From NCBI GenBank assembly GCA_965248925.1, contig CBDFLE010000006.1:4320001-4384000 (forward strand): a stretch of DNA of 64,000 nt. The letters run 5' to 3'. This DNA comes from Candidatus Multivoradales bacterium. GTDB taxonomy: Bacteria > Acidobacteriota > Thermoanaerobaculia > Multivoradales > J023. Positions 38,859-48,114 of the stretch are shown one piece after another (the stretch's first letter is position 1; every line of letters begins with the position of its first letter). A program made the translations under genes and the position numbers. The notes below the pieces were generated by a model. It ran no database searches. It had not been told where the DNA came from and worked only from the letters and a program-made list of their open reading frames with translations.

Positions 38859-39539
38859 ATGAAACGGCAAGAAAAAGCAGTGCAGATTCAGCGGATCCTC
38901 GATCAGCTCTTTCCGCGGGTTCCCATCCCGCTTGATCACAGCGATCCCTTCACCCTTTTGGTGGCGGTGGTGCTGTCGGCGCAGACCACCGATAAGAAGG
39001 TCAACGAAGTGACCCCCGAGCTGTTTCGCAGGGCACCGACACCGGCGCGCCTCGGCGCTCTCGAAGTGGAGGAAGTTCGGCAGCTGATCCGCCAGATCGG
39101 GCTGGCGCCGCAGAAGGCGAAGAATCTGGTCGGGCTAGGCCAGTTGCTGGCCGCGGCCGGTGGCGAGGTACCACAGACTTTTGCCGAGCTCGAAGCCCTA
39201 CCGGGGGTCGGCCACAAGACTGCTTCGGTGGTGATGTCACAGGCTTTTGGCCATCCGGCGTTTCCAGTCGACACTCACATCCATCGCCTGGCGGCTCGTT
39301 GGGGACTGTCGAATGGTTCCAAGGTCGAACGCACCGAACGCGATCTGAAGCGGGTCTTCTCGCGAGACACTTGGAACAAGCTGCATTTGCAGATCATTTA
39401 CTTCGGCCGCGAGTACTGCCCGGCGCGCTACCACGATCTGGCCGCCTGCCCAATCTGCGGCTGGGCTGCAACCAAGAAACGCCAGCGGGAGGAAGCCGCG
39501 GCCGATGCGAAAATCCACCGGCGGCCGAGGCGTCGATAG
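38859..39539 (+). CDS. nth: Endonuclease III
   Basis: LVAVVLSAQTTD, HhH LPGVGHKTA, VDTHIHR, GREYCPAR..CPIC. Confidence 0.95.
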   Translation: MKRQEKAVQIQRILDQLFPRVPIPLDHSDPFTLLVAVVLSAQTTDKKVNEVTPELFRRAPTPARLGALEVEEVRQLIRQIGLAPQKAKNLVGLGQLLAAAGGEVPQTFAELEALPGVGHKTASVVMSQAFGHPAFPVDTHIHRLAARWGLSNGSKVERTERDLKRVFSRDTWNKLHLQIIYFGREYCPARYHDLAACPICGWAATKKRQREEAAADAKIHRRPRRR

Positions 39540-39644
39540 GGCGCTCAGGTTCGTCGCGATCGTAGAACCCAAGCCGATAAACTGGCATATGTCTTCGAGA
39601 GTAAAGACCCGTCTTGTTTCAAAGTTCTTTGTAGGGAGGGCTCG

Positions 39645-40799
39645 ATGCGCTTAGCAGTAGTCTGCTACCCCACCTATGGCGGCAGCGGGGTCGTCGCCAC
39701 CGAGCTAGCCAGTCAGCTTGCTCGGCGCGGTCACCAGGTCTATCTGGTGTCCTATGACAAGCCATTTCGCTTCGATGACGGCATCGAGAACCTGCATTTT
39801 CACCAAGTCGAAGTCAGCGAGTATCCCCTTTTCCGCTACCAGCCTTACACCCTGAATCTGACCAACAAGATCATTGAATTGGTGGAAGAGCACGGGGTCG
39901 AGCTGGTCCATAGTCACTATGCGATTCCCCATGCCCAAGCAGCGTGGATGGCGCGGGAGGTGTTGCGCGAGGAGCGAGGCCTAGACGTCAAGCTGGCCTG
40001 TACCCTGCACGGCACCGACATCACGCTGGTGGGCGGGGAGCGTAGCTTTTTTGAACTCACCCGATTTTCGATCATCCGGCAGGATCTGCTGACCGCGCCG
40101 AGCCGCTGGTTGGCGGAGGAGACAGAGCGGCTGTTCAATATCCCGGCCCACCGCATAGAGGTAGTACCCAACTTTGTTGATATCGAGCGTTTTCGCCCCT
40201 CACCTGCAGAGCGAGAACGGCGGCAGCTGGGGGCCGAGGGGCGCTTCCTACTCACTCATGTGTCCAACTTCCGACCGGTCAAACGGGTCGAAGATGTGGT
40301 GCGGGGGTTCGCGGTCTTGCGCGAAAGGCTCGATGCCGTCCTGGCCTTGGTCGGCGAAGGACCTGAACTCGACAAAGCGGTGCGTCTGGCCGATGCTCTA
40401 GGAGTAGGTGACGACCTGCGAGTGCTCGGCAAGCGCGAGCGGCTAGAGACCGTGCTCCAGGCCAGCGACCTCTTCCTGCTGCCGAGCGTGGCTGAGAGCT
40501 TTGGCCTGGTGGCGTTGGAGGCCCAAGCCTGTGGTTGTCCGGTGATCGGCTACCACGCGGGCGGCTTGCCGGAGGTGGTGGAACACGGGGTCACCGGTTT
40601 GCTATGCCCAATCGGAGAGAATGTCTGCCTGGGTACCTTGGCGGCCGATTTGCTAAACGATCCGCAGCGCCACCAAGGGATGCGCCAAGCGGCTCGGCAG
40701 CGAGCCCTAGGATTCGCGGCGGAGTCCATTATCGACCGCTACCAACGAGTCTTGGGCCGTCTGGCGGAGTCGCCGACCGCAAAGAGTCTTGCCAATTAG
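39645..40799 (+). CDS. bshA: N-acetyl-alpha-D-glucosaminyl L-malate synthase (bacillithiol biosynthesis)
   Basis: CYPTYGGSGVVATEL, HSHYAIPHA, TLHGTDITLVG, HVSNFRPVKR, ESFGLVALEA. Confidence 0.92.
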   Translation: MRLAVVCYPTYGGSGVVATELASQLARRGHQVYLVSYDKPFRFDDGIENLHFHQVEVSEYPLFRYQPYTLNLTNKIIELVEEHGVELVHSHYAIPHAQAAWMAREVLREERGLDVKLACTLHGTDITLVGGERSFFELTRFSIIRQDLLTAPSRWLAEETERLFNIPAHRIEVVPNFVDIERFRPSPAERERRQLGAEGRFLLTHVSNFRPVKRVEDVVRGFAVLRERLDAVLALVGEGPELDKAVRLADALGVGDDLRVLGKRERLETVLQASDLFLLPSVAESFGLVALEAQACGCPVIGYHAGGLPEVVEHGVTGLLCPIGENVCLGTLAADLLNDPQRHQGMRQAARQRALGFAAESIIDRYQRVLGRLAESPTAKSLAN

Positions 40800-40814
40800 C
40801 CAGGGTTTCCCTTC

Positions 40815-40843
40815 TTGAGCGACTTCCTCGGGGTCGCTACAAT
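40815..40843 (+). promoter_or_regulatory. Putative sigma70 promoter
   Basis: TTGAGC (40815-40820), 17-bp spacer, TACAAT (40838-40843). Confidence 0.7.
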
Positions 40844-40849
40844 CGATTC

Positions 40850-41165
40850 AACAGAATGGAGATACGGTGGTGGCAGGGGCTGCTCGGAGATCCTTCGTTG
40901 GAAGGCGAGGCTCCCGACCGGGCTCTCACGGTGCTACGGCAGCCGACCGCCACCTAAAGATCCGATCGGCTCGGCCGATCAAAGGGCGAGAGAGAGGGAA
41001 CGCAAAAAAGCCTACGACCAATTCCTCCGCGATCGAGTTGGAATTGGATGCGGTGGGCTTCGCGGGAGCTGTACTGAGGGGTTAGCTTCCGCATCCTTCG
41101 GACGTATCCGTCCGGATGTCGGCGGGCGCTCCCGCGACGGAGCGCCCGTCACCACCTTCTTGCAG
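40850..41165 (+). ncRNA. Candidate structured non-coding RNA of unknown family (~300 nt)
   Basis: Follows the promoter, contains at least 7 predicted helices, 5' GGTGGTGGC is complementary to 3' GTCACCACC, and has no convincing ORF. Confidence 0.5.
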
Positions 41166-41201
41166 TTTTGATCGGTGGGTAGCCGTGACCCACAGCGAGA
41201 G

Positions 41202-42491
41202 CTAGCCCGCCTGCAAAGGCGCATCGAGGGTCTGGCGGACCCGGTGCAACAGTGAAGTTCGTGAGTAGGGTTTGAGCAGTAGGTGAGTTTCCGGCATTCC
41301 GCGTGCTTCGGTCGGGAGCAGCTCAGCACTACAGCCGCTAGTAAAAAGGGTCGGAATCCGTGCTCCGAGGTGACGGATGCGGCTATAAGCTTCACTACCG
41401 TTGAGCCGCGGCATCAGAGCATCCAGCAAAAGCAACTCGATATCTTCGGCATGCCGTTGGTAGAGGTTCACCGCCTCCCTGCCGTCGGCAGCTTCCAGCA
41501 CCCGATAGCCAGCGGTACGTAGCACTCTGGCTACCGAGGTTCGCACCAGGGCTTCGTCTTCGGCCAGCAGGATGGTCTCGGTGCCGGCGATTGGCTGCGC
41601 TGGGTCCAGCTCGTCGATGGACGGCGCACGACAATTCTCTGTTGGCAGGAGAATGCGAAGCGTCGTGCCAGCGCCCGGTTGGCTGTCGAGTTCGACCAAG
41701 CCGCCATATTGCTGGACGATGCTGGCGACCGTCGCCAATCCTAAGCCGGTGTTCTCGCTCTTGGTAGTGAAGAAGGGCTCGAAGATCTGCCGGCGCAGCC
41801 GTGGATCGATTCCGCAACCGGTATCGCTAACCGCGATCTCGACCCAGTACTTGCTCGCCTCGCCGCTGAGCCGCTGGCGCTGCTCGTGGTTCAGGCGGAT
41901 CTCACGGGTGGTAAGGGTGAGGCTGCCGCCCGCGCTCATCGCATCGCGAGCATTGATGCACAGATTTAGCATCAGCTGGTCGAGTTGGCCGGGGTCGGCC
42001 CGCAGCAGAGGTAGCGAGGAAGACGCCTGTAGCTGCACCTCGATGGTGCTCGGCACCAGGCAGTGAAGAAGCAACAGCAGTGAACGGACCTGCTGATTCA
42101 AGTCCAGGGCCTGCGGTTCACTCGGCTGCTGTCGGCTGAAGGCCAAGAGGCGAGAAACCAGCTCGTTGCAGCGTTCGGTGGCGCTTTCCAGGCGATGTAA
42201 CTCGTCCAATAGCTGGTCATTGTTGGCCGCAAGATCCTGAGCAAGGTCGCAGTGCCCAAGAATTACCTGTAGCAGGTTCTTGAAATCGTGCGCGACCCCG
42301 TCGACCAGCTGGCCAAGGACTTCCATCTTCTGTGCCTGGCAGAGCTGTTTTTTGAGCTTGCGGTTCTCACGTTCGAGAGTGACGAGGTAGCTTTCTTCGC
42401 GTGGGACCTCCGCGTTCTCACGGGCGGCCAGTTGCCGACCGACATCTTGTCTCTCGCCTTGCTGGACGATGTCTTGCCGCTGATCCTCCAT
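41202..42491 (-). CDS. Cytoplasmic hybrid histidine kinase/receiver (CckA-like)
   Basis: QAQKME..G...GVAHDFKN, NLCINARDAM, DTGCG, FEPFFTTK, GLGL, receiver ILLAEDE..LDALMP..KPY. Confidence 0.92.
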   Translation of the reverse strand: MEDQRQDIVQQGERQDVGRQLAARENAEVPREESYLVTLERENRKLKKQLCQAQKMEVLGQLVDGVAHDFKNLLQVILGHCDLAQDLAANNDQLLDELHRLESATERCNELVSRLLAFSRQQPSEPQALDLNQQVRSLLLLLHCLVPSTIEVQLQASSSLPLLRADPGQLDQLMLNLCINARDAMSAGGSLTLTTREIRLNHEQRQRLSGEASKYWVEIAVSDTGCGIDPRLRRQIFEPFFTTKSENTGLGLATVASIVQQYGGLVELDSQPGAGTTLRILLPTENCRAPSIDELDPAQPIAGTETILLAEDEALVRTSVARVLRTAGYRVLEAADGREAVNLYQRHAEDIELLLLDALMPRLNGSEAYSRIRHLGARIPTLFTSGCSAELLPTEARGMPETHLLLKPYSRTSLLHRVRQTLDAPLQAG

Positions 42492-42957
42492 GTTCCCTCC
42501 CAGGCCATCCTCGGTGACTTTCGGAGCCAGTTCCAGCCCTTCCCGCCGTGAACGCGAAAGTTGTACCAGATGAGTAACAATAAATCGATTTTATCGCAGT
42601 AGTTTCATTTAGAGAAGAATATTTTTCGTAGTTTGACCATTTTAGAGTAATATCAAGATAGAAAACGCAGCGTTCTATCGATGTATTTTCAGATTATTGA
42701 GGAATTTTCATTTTAATTCGGAGAACTTTGAAAATTTTTCAGTTTCCCGCAGCCCAATATCTGAGAGTTTTGCGGCTTCGATACTCCAGATTGAATGCGG
42801 AAGAACGTCGTCTCTCGGCAGTGGCTCGGTAGACCTGGCGCTTAGGCAGGGCCAATCTGACTTCGTGCCGACAACGACACCCATCGTCGATCCGCATGGG
42901 AGTGGGTAGAATGCGTGGGCGGGCAAGATGCGCGGCGCCAGGTAGAATGCGCCGCAG

Positions 42958-45201
42958 ATGAGCTGGAAACCCTCGAGTTGGGCATCGCCCATTCCCACTG
43001 GCCTTGGCCACACCAAGCCGGGACATTTCCGTGGAATGCTGAAGGTGGCGTGGGACAATCGCCGCCAATTGCCCTACGCTTGGCGGATTCTGCGCGATGG
43101 AGTGTGCGATGGCTGCGCCCTCGGCACCAGCGGCTTGCGCGACTGGACGATCGACGGAACTCACCTATGCATGGTGCGCCTAGAGCTGCTGCAGCTCAAT
43201 ACCGCGGCGGCTTTTCCCCCCGAGATACTTGCCGATGTCAGTCGGCTGGCCGGCCAGACTTCGGCCGAGTTGCGCCAGCTCGGCCGCTTGCCAGCGCCGC
43301 TGGTCCGGCGTCGCGGTGAGGCAGGTTTCAGGGTGATCGACTGGCGGCAGGCGATCGAACTTGCCGGCGACCGGCTGGCGGCGATCGATCCCGCTCGTTT
43401 CGCCCTCTACCTGACCTCACGGGGGATCCCCAACGAGACTTACTACGTGGCGCAGAAAGCTGCCCGCTGTATCGGCACCCCCCATGTCGACAACTCGGCC
43501 CGGCTGTGCCACGCGGCATCGACAGTGGCGATGAAGGCCAGCCTTGGGCACGGCGCTTCGACCGGCTCGTATCGCGATTGGCTAGCGGCTGACTTGATCG
43601 TCTTCTTCGGCTCCAACACTCCCAATAATCAGCCGGTCAGCACCAAGTATCTGTATCTCGCCAAGCAGCGGGGGACCCAGGTTGCGGTGGTCAATCCCTA
43701 TCGCGAGCCAGGTTTGCAACGCTATTGGGTACCGTCGAATCCCGAGAGCGCGCTCTTTGGCACCCGCTTGGCGGACCATTGGTACGAGGTGGATACGGGT
43801 GGTGACTTGGCTTTTCTCAATGGTGTGTTGAAGGCTCTGCTGGAGCTACCAAAGGGGATCGATTGGCAGTTCATCGATCGTTCGACGGTGGGATTCACGG
43901 CTCTCGAAGAGGAACTGCGGCGGCAGCCTTGGCGGCTCTTGGAGCAGGGCAGCGGCATGCCTCGGCAGCAGATGGAGGCTTTCGCCGAGCTGTTGGTCGA
44001 GCGCCCCAAGGCGATCTTTGTCTGGTCGATGGGCCTGACCCAGCATGCCCATGGCGCCGACACCATCCGGGCATTGTGCAATCTTGGGTTGGCTCGCGGA
44101 CTGCTCGGTCGGCGCGGCTGTGGTTTGACGCCGATTCGCGGCCATTCGGGAGTTCAGGGTGGGGCCGAGGTCGGCGCTGTGCCGCTAAATGACGCAGTGC
44201 CCGCCGAAGCGGCGGTACTCGATCGTTGGGCCGAGGTCTGGGGCTTCGACCCACCGCGGCAACCGGGGATGACCACGATGGCGCAGATCGCCGCCGCCGC
44301 CGCTGGCGGACTGGATGCCTGGTGGCTGATCGGTGGCAACTTTCTCGAGACTGTTGGCGGCGAGCAGCGCAACCGGAGTGCTCTCGAGCGGCCCGGACTG
44401 CGCATCCACCAGGACATCATGTTGTCTTCGTCGATGCTGGTCGAGCCCAGCGATACAGTCTTGATCTTGCCCGCCACCACCCGCTACGAGATCGCTGGCG
44501 GGGTGACCGAGACCACCACCGAACGCCGCATTGTTTTCTCACCGGAGATCGCCGGGCCGCGGGTTGCCGGTGCTCGGTCGGAGTGGCAAGTGTTGAGCGA
44601 AGTGGCGCGGCGGGCGCGTCCCGAACGCGCGGTGGCCATGGATTTTGCTTCCACCGGCGAGATTCGCCGCGAGCTGGCGCGAGCAATTCCCCTCTATGCG
44701 GGCATCGATAAGTTGCGGCAGAAGGGGGACCAGTTGCAGTGGGGGAGTGCCACCCTCTTCGCCGAAGGTCGTTTTGCCACCGCCGATGGCAAGGCCCACT
44801 TTGCTCCCGTCGAAACACCATGGCGTGATCTTCCTGGCGACCACTTTCGCCTATCGACCCGGCGCGGCAAGCAGTTCAACTCGATGGTGCAGGCAGAGGT
44901 GGACCCGCTCAACGGGGCGGCTCGCGACGATGTATTGATCAATGAACTCGATCTGCGGCGTCTGGGCCTGCGGGCAGGAGATCCGATCGAGCTGCGCTCG
45001 GCGAGTGGAAGTTGGCAGGGCAGGGTTCTACCGGCGCCGATCAAGCCTGGCAATGTGGAGGTTCACTGGCCCGAAGCGATGGCCTTGCTGGCCGCTGACT
45101 TGTTGGATCCTTCCTCCGGTGAGCCCGACTACAATGCGGTGGTGACGATCGAGAAGCTCACCGGAACCCGCACCCCTGAACCGCCCTCGCCGTGGGTCTG
45201 A
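42958..45201 (+). CDS. FdhF/YdeP family molybdopterin oxidoreductase
   Basis: GVCDGC, DNSARLCH, RGHSGVQG, STRRGKQFNS, SGEPDYN. Confidence 0.9.
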   Translation: MSWKPSSWASPIPTGLGHTKPGHFRGMLKVAWDNRRQLPYAWRILRDGVCDGCALGTSGLRDWTIDGTHLCMVRLELLQLNTAAAFPPEILADVSRLAGQTSAELRQLGRLPAPLVRRRGEAGFRVIDWRQAIELAGDRLAAIDPARFALYLTSRGIPNETYYVAQKAARCIGTPHVDNSARLCHAASTVAMKASLGHGASTGSYRDWLAADLIVFFGSNTPNNQPVSTKYLYLAKQRGTQVAVVNPYREPGLQRYWVPSNPESALFGTRLADHWYEVDTGGDLAFLNGVLKALLELPKGIDWQFIDRSTVGFTALEEELRRQPWRLLEQGSGMPRQQMEAFAELLVERPKAIFVWSMGLTQHAHGADTIRALCNLGLARGLLGRRGCGLTPIRGHSGVQGGAEVGAVPLNDAVPAEAAVLDRWAEVWGFDPPRQPGMTTMAQIAAAAAGGLDAWWLIGGNFLETVGGEQRNRSALERPGLRIHQDIMLSSSMLVEPSDTVLILPATTRYEIAGGVTETTTERRIVFSPEIAGPRVAGARSEWQVLSEVARRARPERAVAMDFASTGEIRRELARAIPLYAGIDKLRQKGDQLQWGSATLFAEGRFATADGKAHFAPVETPWRDLPGDHFRLSTRRGKQFNSMVQAEVDPLNGAARDDVLINELDLRRLGLRAGDPIELRSASGSWQGRVLPAPIKPGNVEVHWPEAMALLAADLLDPSSGEPDYNAVVTIEKLTGTRTPEPPSPWV

Positions 45202-45219
45202 AGTCGTGGATTTGAAACC

Positions 45220-46071
45220 GTGGGTCTGAAGCCGGTGGCACCCCCTAGTCAGCACGGCCCATCTTCAGCCGCCAAGACAGGGTTGGCCGAAGTCCAGGTC
45301 GAGCGCGCCGCCGGCCCAGCTGGCAGGTCCTCCGGCCGCGATTGGGTGGTGGTGGAATCGCCCCTCGAAATTCGTGTCGATGGCCAGCCCCTGGCGGTGA
45401 TCATGCGAACTCCCGGCGAGGATCGAGAGCTGGCGGCGGGCTTTCTCTACAGCGAAGGGGTGATCGAGCACGCCGGTCAGCTGGCGGCCTTGGAAGAAGT
45501 CTCCGACCCCGAGCATCCCGAGGCCGAGAACTTGCTCTTTGTTCGCCTCGACCCAAGTGCTGGCGATGCTCGGGGACGCCTGCGCCGCGCACAGCGCGAG
45601 TTGGTAGCCGCGGCTGCTTGTGGGGTTTGCGGTAAGCGCCGTTTGGCGGACCTGCGGCTGCCGCCGCCGCCGATCGAGCCACGGGTGCCGGCGCTCGAAC
45701 TAATGGGGGAGTTGCCGGCCCGGCTGCGCCGGGGGCAGAGACTCTTTCAGCTCAGCGGCGGGCTCCACGGCGCGGCGCTGTTCACCGCCGAGGGCGAGCT
45801 GCTGCTGCTGCGTGAGGATATTGGTCGCCACAACGCGGTCGACAAGGTGATCGGCCAGCAGTTGCTTGCTGGCCATCTGCCTCTCGCTGGCCGTATCTTG
45901 CTGACCAGCGGACGGGTCGGCTTCGAAATCGCCCACAAAGCGATCCGCGCCGCGGTGCCGGCTCTTGGTGCCGTCGGCGCGGCTTCCAGCCTGGCGATCG
46001 AGTTGGCCGCCGAGGCTGGCATGGAGCTGTTTTCCTTCCTGGCTCCCGGTCGTGGCAATCGCCATCTCTAA
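45220..46071 (+). CDS. fdhD: Formate dehydrogenase accessory sulfurtransferase
   Basis: MRTPG.DRELAAGFLYSEG, CGVCG, GGLHGAALF, REDIGRHNAVDK. Confidence 0.93.
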   Translation: MGLKPVAPPSQHGPSSAAKTGLAEVQVERAAGPAGRSSGRDWVVVESPLEIRVDGQPLAVIMRTPGEDRELAAGFLYSEGVIEHAGQLAALEEVSDPEHPEAENLLFVRLDPSAGDARGRLRRAQRELVAAAACGVCGKRRLADLRLPPPPIEPRVPALELMGELPARLRRGQRLFQLSGGLHGAALFTAEGELLLLREDIGRHNAVDKVIGQQLLAGHLPLAGRILLTSGRVGFEIAHKAIRAAVPALGAVGAASSLAIELAAEAGMELFSFLAPGRGNRHL

Positions 46072-46101
46072 GGGGGCGATTTAGTCGGCCTGGCGGCGAA
46101 G

Positions 46102-47847
46102 CTAGGCGGGTCCGATCTGCACCAACTCGGCTTCTTGCACTTGTTGTGCCTCTCCAGAGTCACCTACCAAATCACTGTGGCAGGCTGCTTTGGCGCCATT
46201 CTCGGGGCTGATGGCGGCCCGAGTCTTCGAGGCCAGACGGTGGACTTCCGCGGGTGACAGGACGCCGCGTTGTTCGAGAATCTGTCGCTGTTCGGGGGTT
46301 AAGGCGGCGGAGATTTCAGGTTTGTCCCAGGCGTAGTCGGAGTCTTTGCCGGAGGCGAATTCGACGATTTCTTTGGAGATCCGCACGCTGCACCAGTCGT
46401 GGCCGCACATGGCGCAGAAGTCGGTGTCGACATCGAGGTCTTCGTCGTGGAACGCCCGCGCCGTGTCGCTGTCGAAGGCGAGGTCGAAGTGACGCTGCCA
46501 GTTGAGCGCCGCGCGGGCCTTGGTCAGTTCGTCGTCCCAATCGCGAGAGCCGGGAATGCCCAGCGCCACATCAGCGGCGTGGGCGGCGATCTTGTAGGCC
46601 ACGCAACCCTGTTTGACATCGTCCTTCTTAGGCAGGCCGAGATGCTCTTTGGGAGTGACGTAACACAACATGGCGGCACCGTGGTAGGCCGCGGCGGTGG
46701 CGCCGATCGATGAGGTGATGTGGTCATAGCCTGGGAAGACGTCGGTAACCAGTGGGCCCAAGACGTAGAACGGCGCGCCGTGGCATACCCGGCGCTGCTC
46801 TTTCATGTTGTACTCGATCTGATCGAAGGGCACATGGCCTGGCCCTTCCACCATCACCTGCACCCCCTTGGCCCAGGCGCGTTCAGTGAGTTCGCCCAGG
46901 GTGTCGAGTTCGGCTAGCTGGGCGGCGTCGGTGGCATCTGCCAATCCCCCCGGTCGCAGGCCGTCGCCGAGGGAGAAAGAGACGTCGTACTCGCGCATCA
47001 CGTCGCAGATATCGTCGAAGATCTCGTACAGGGGATTCTCTTTGCCGTGGTGTAGCATCCACTTGGCCAGCAAAGCGCCGCCGCGCGAGACGATGCCGAT
47101 CAGCCGGTTTTGGATCAACGGCAAGTGCGCCCGGCGAATGCCAGCGTGGATAGTGAAGTAGTCGACCCCCTGGCGTGCCTGATGCTCGAGGGAGCGCAAG
47201 ATCAGGTCGTAGTTCAGATCTTCGATTTTACGACCGATGATCATCGAGTAGATCGGTACGGTGCCTATCGGCACGGTCGATTCGTGCAGAATGGCTTCGC
47301 GGCAGGCGTCCAGGTCGCCACCGGTCGACAAGTCCATCACCGTGTCGGCTCCCCATTGCACCGCCCAGCGTAGCTTTTCGACCTCTTCTTCGATGCCCGA
47401 ACTCACCGGCGAGGTGCCCAGGTTGGCGTTGACCTTGGTGCGCGCCGCGCGACCGATGGCCATTGCATCGAGGCGAAGGCCCAGATGATTGCGATTGGCC
47501 GGGATGATCAGCCGTCCCGCCGCCACTTCGTCACGGATCTGCTCGGCGCTGAGGTGGGGCTCACGCTGTGCCACGCGTTGCATCTGTGGGGTGATTTCAC
47601 CGAGGCGGGCGCGTTCTAGCTGAGTCACCGCCGAACTCGCCGGGCGCGGCGCCGGGGAGAAATCACCAGCGGTGTGCTGGGACACCGGCGGCATGCCGGG
47701 GGTGTCGGGGGAGGAGAAGCTCAGCGGGCCGCCGATCTGTGATGCCAACGCGAAGCTGCCGGGGCTGGTGCCCTGAAAGTCGGTCGAGGGGTTGGCGGCG
47801 CCGTGGCGCGGCAGGGCGGGACGGGCTGGGCTGGGCTGGTGGCTCAT
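46102..47847 (-). CDS. thiC: Phosphomethylpyrimidine synthase
   Basis: [55 protein letters not shown]. Confidence 0.97.
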   Translation of the reverse strand: MSHQPSPARPALPRHGAANPSTDFQGTSPGSFALASQIGGPLSFSSPDTPGMPPVSQHTAGDFSPAPRPASSAVTQLERARLGEITPQMQRVAQREPHLSAEQIRDEVAAGRLIIPANRNHLGLRLDAMAIGRAARTKVNANLGTSPVSSGIEEEVEKLRWAVQWGADTVMDLSTGGDLDACREAILHESTVPIGTVPIYSMIIGRKIEDLNYDLILRSLEHQARQGVDYFTIHAGIRRAHLPLIQNRLIGIVSRGGALLAKWMLHHGKENPLYEIFDDICDVMREYDVSFSLGDGLRPGGLADATDAAQLAELDTLGELTERAWAKGVQVMVEGPGHVPFDQIEYNMKEQRRVCHGAPFYVLGPLVTDVFPGYDHITSSIGATAAAYHGAAMLCYVTPKEHLGLPKKDDVKQGCVAYKIAAHAADVALGIPGSRDWDDELTKARAALNWQRHFDLAFDSDTARAFHDEDLDVDTDFCAMCGHDWCSVRISKEIVEFASGKDSDYAWDKPEISAALTPEQRQILEQRGVLSPAEVHRLASKTRAAISPENGAKAACHSDLVGDSGEAQQVQEAELVQIGPA

Positions 47848-47969
47848 GGTTAGATCTCCTCGGTAGCCGCGGGCAGGTAAACGCGAAGGGCGTACGTCTT
47901 GCCGTCGGAGTGCTCAGAGACCGTGCTGCTGACCCCGCCACTCAGTTGGCGCTGGCGGTGAGATTAGGT

Positions 47970-48060
47970 GGCCTACGCATTCCCTACGCCGGTGCGAGCC
48001 GGATCAGGTTCCACGGGTGCTTCTCAGCGGCCTGTTCTAGCCGTGCCCCGAGCGTGCTGC
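47970..48060 (-). promoter_or_regulatory. TPP riboswitch
   Basis: Minus strand CTCGGGG...GCTGAGAAGCACCCGTGGAACCTGATCCGGCTCGCACCGGCGTAGGGAA upstream of thiC. Confidence 0.93.
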
Positions 48061-48114
48061 CATTCTATGCCCTTCCATCGCCTAGGAAGCAAGTCGGAGC
48101 TTAAATGAGGCAGC

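Noticed and set aside
40856-40957. Short ORF MEIRWWQG... as a Trp attenuator leader
   Set aside because: No RBS and no downstream trp or co-oriented gene; a leaderless peptide cannot be fully excluded
40850-41165. tmRNA, SRP RNA, RNase P RNA or c-di-GMP riboswitch
   Set aside because: No tRNA-like ends or tag ending in AA, no SRP domain IV motif, no GAGGAAAGUCC. GGGAACGCAAAAAAGCC only loosely resembles GEMM and no co-oriented gene follows.
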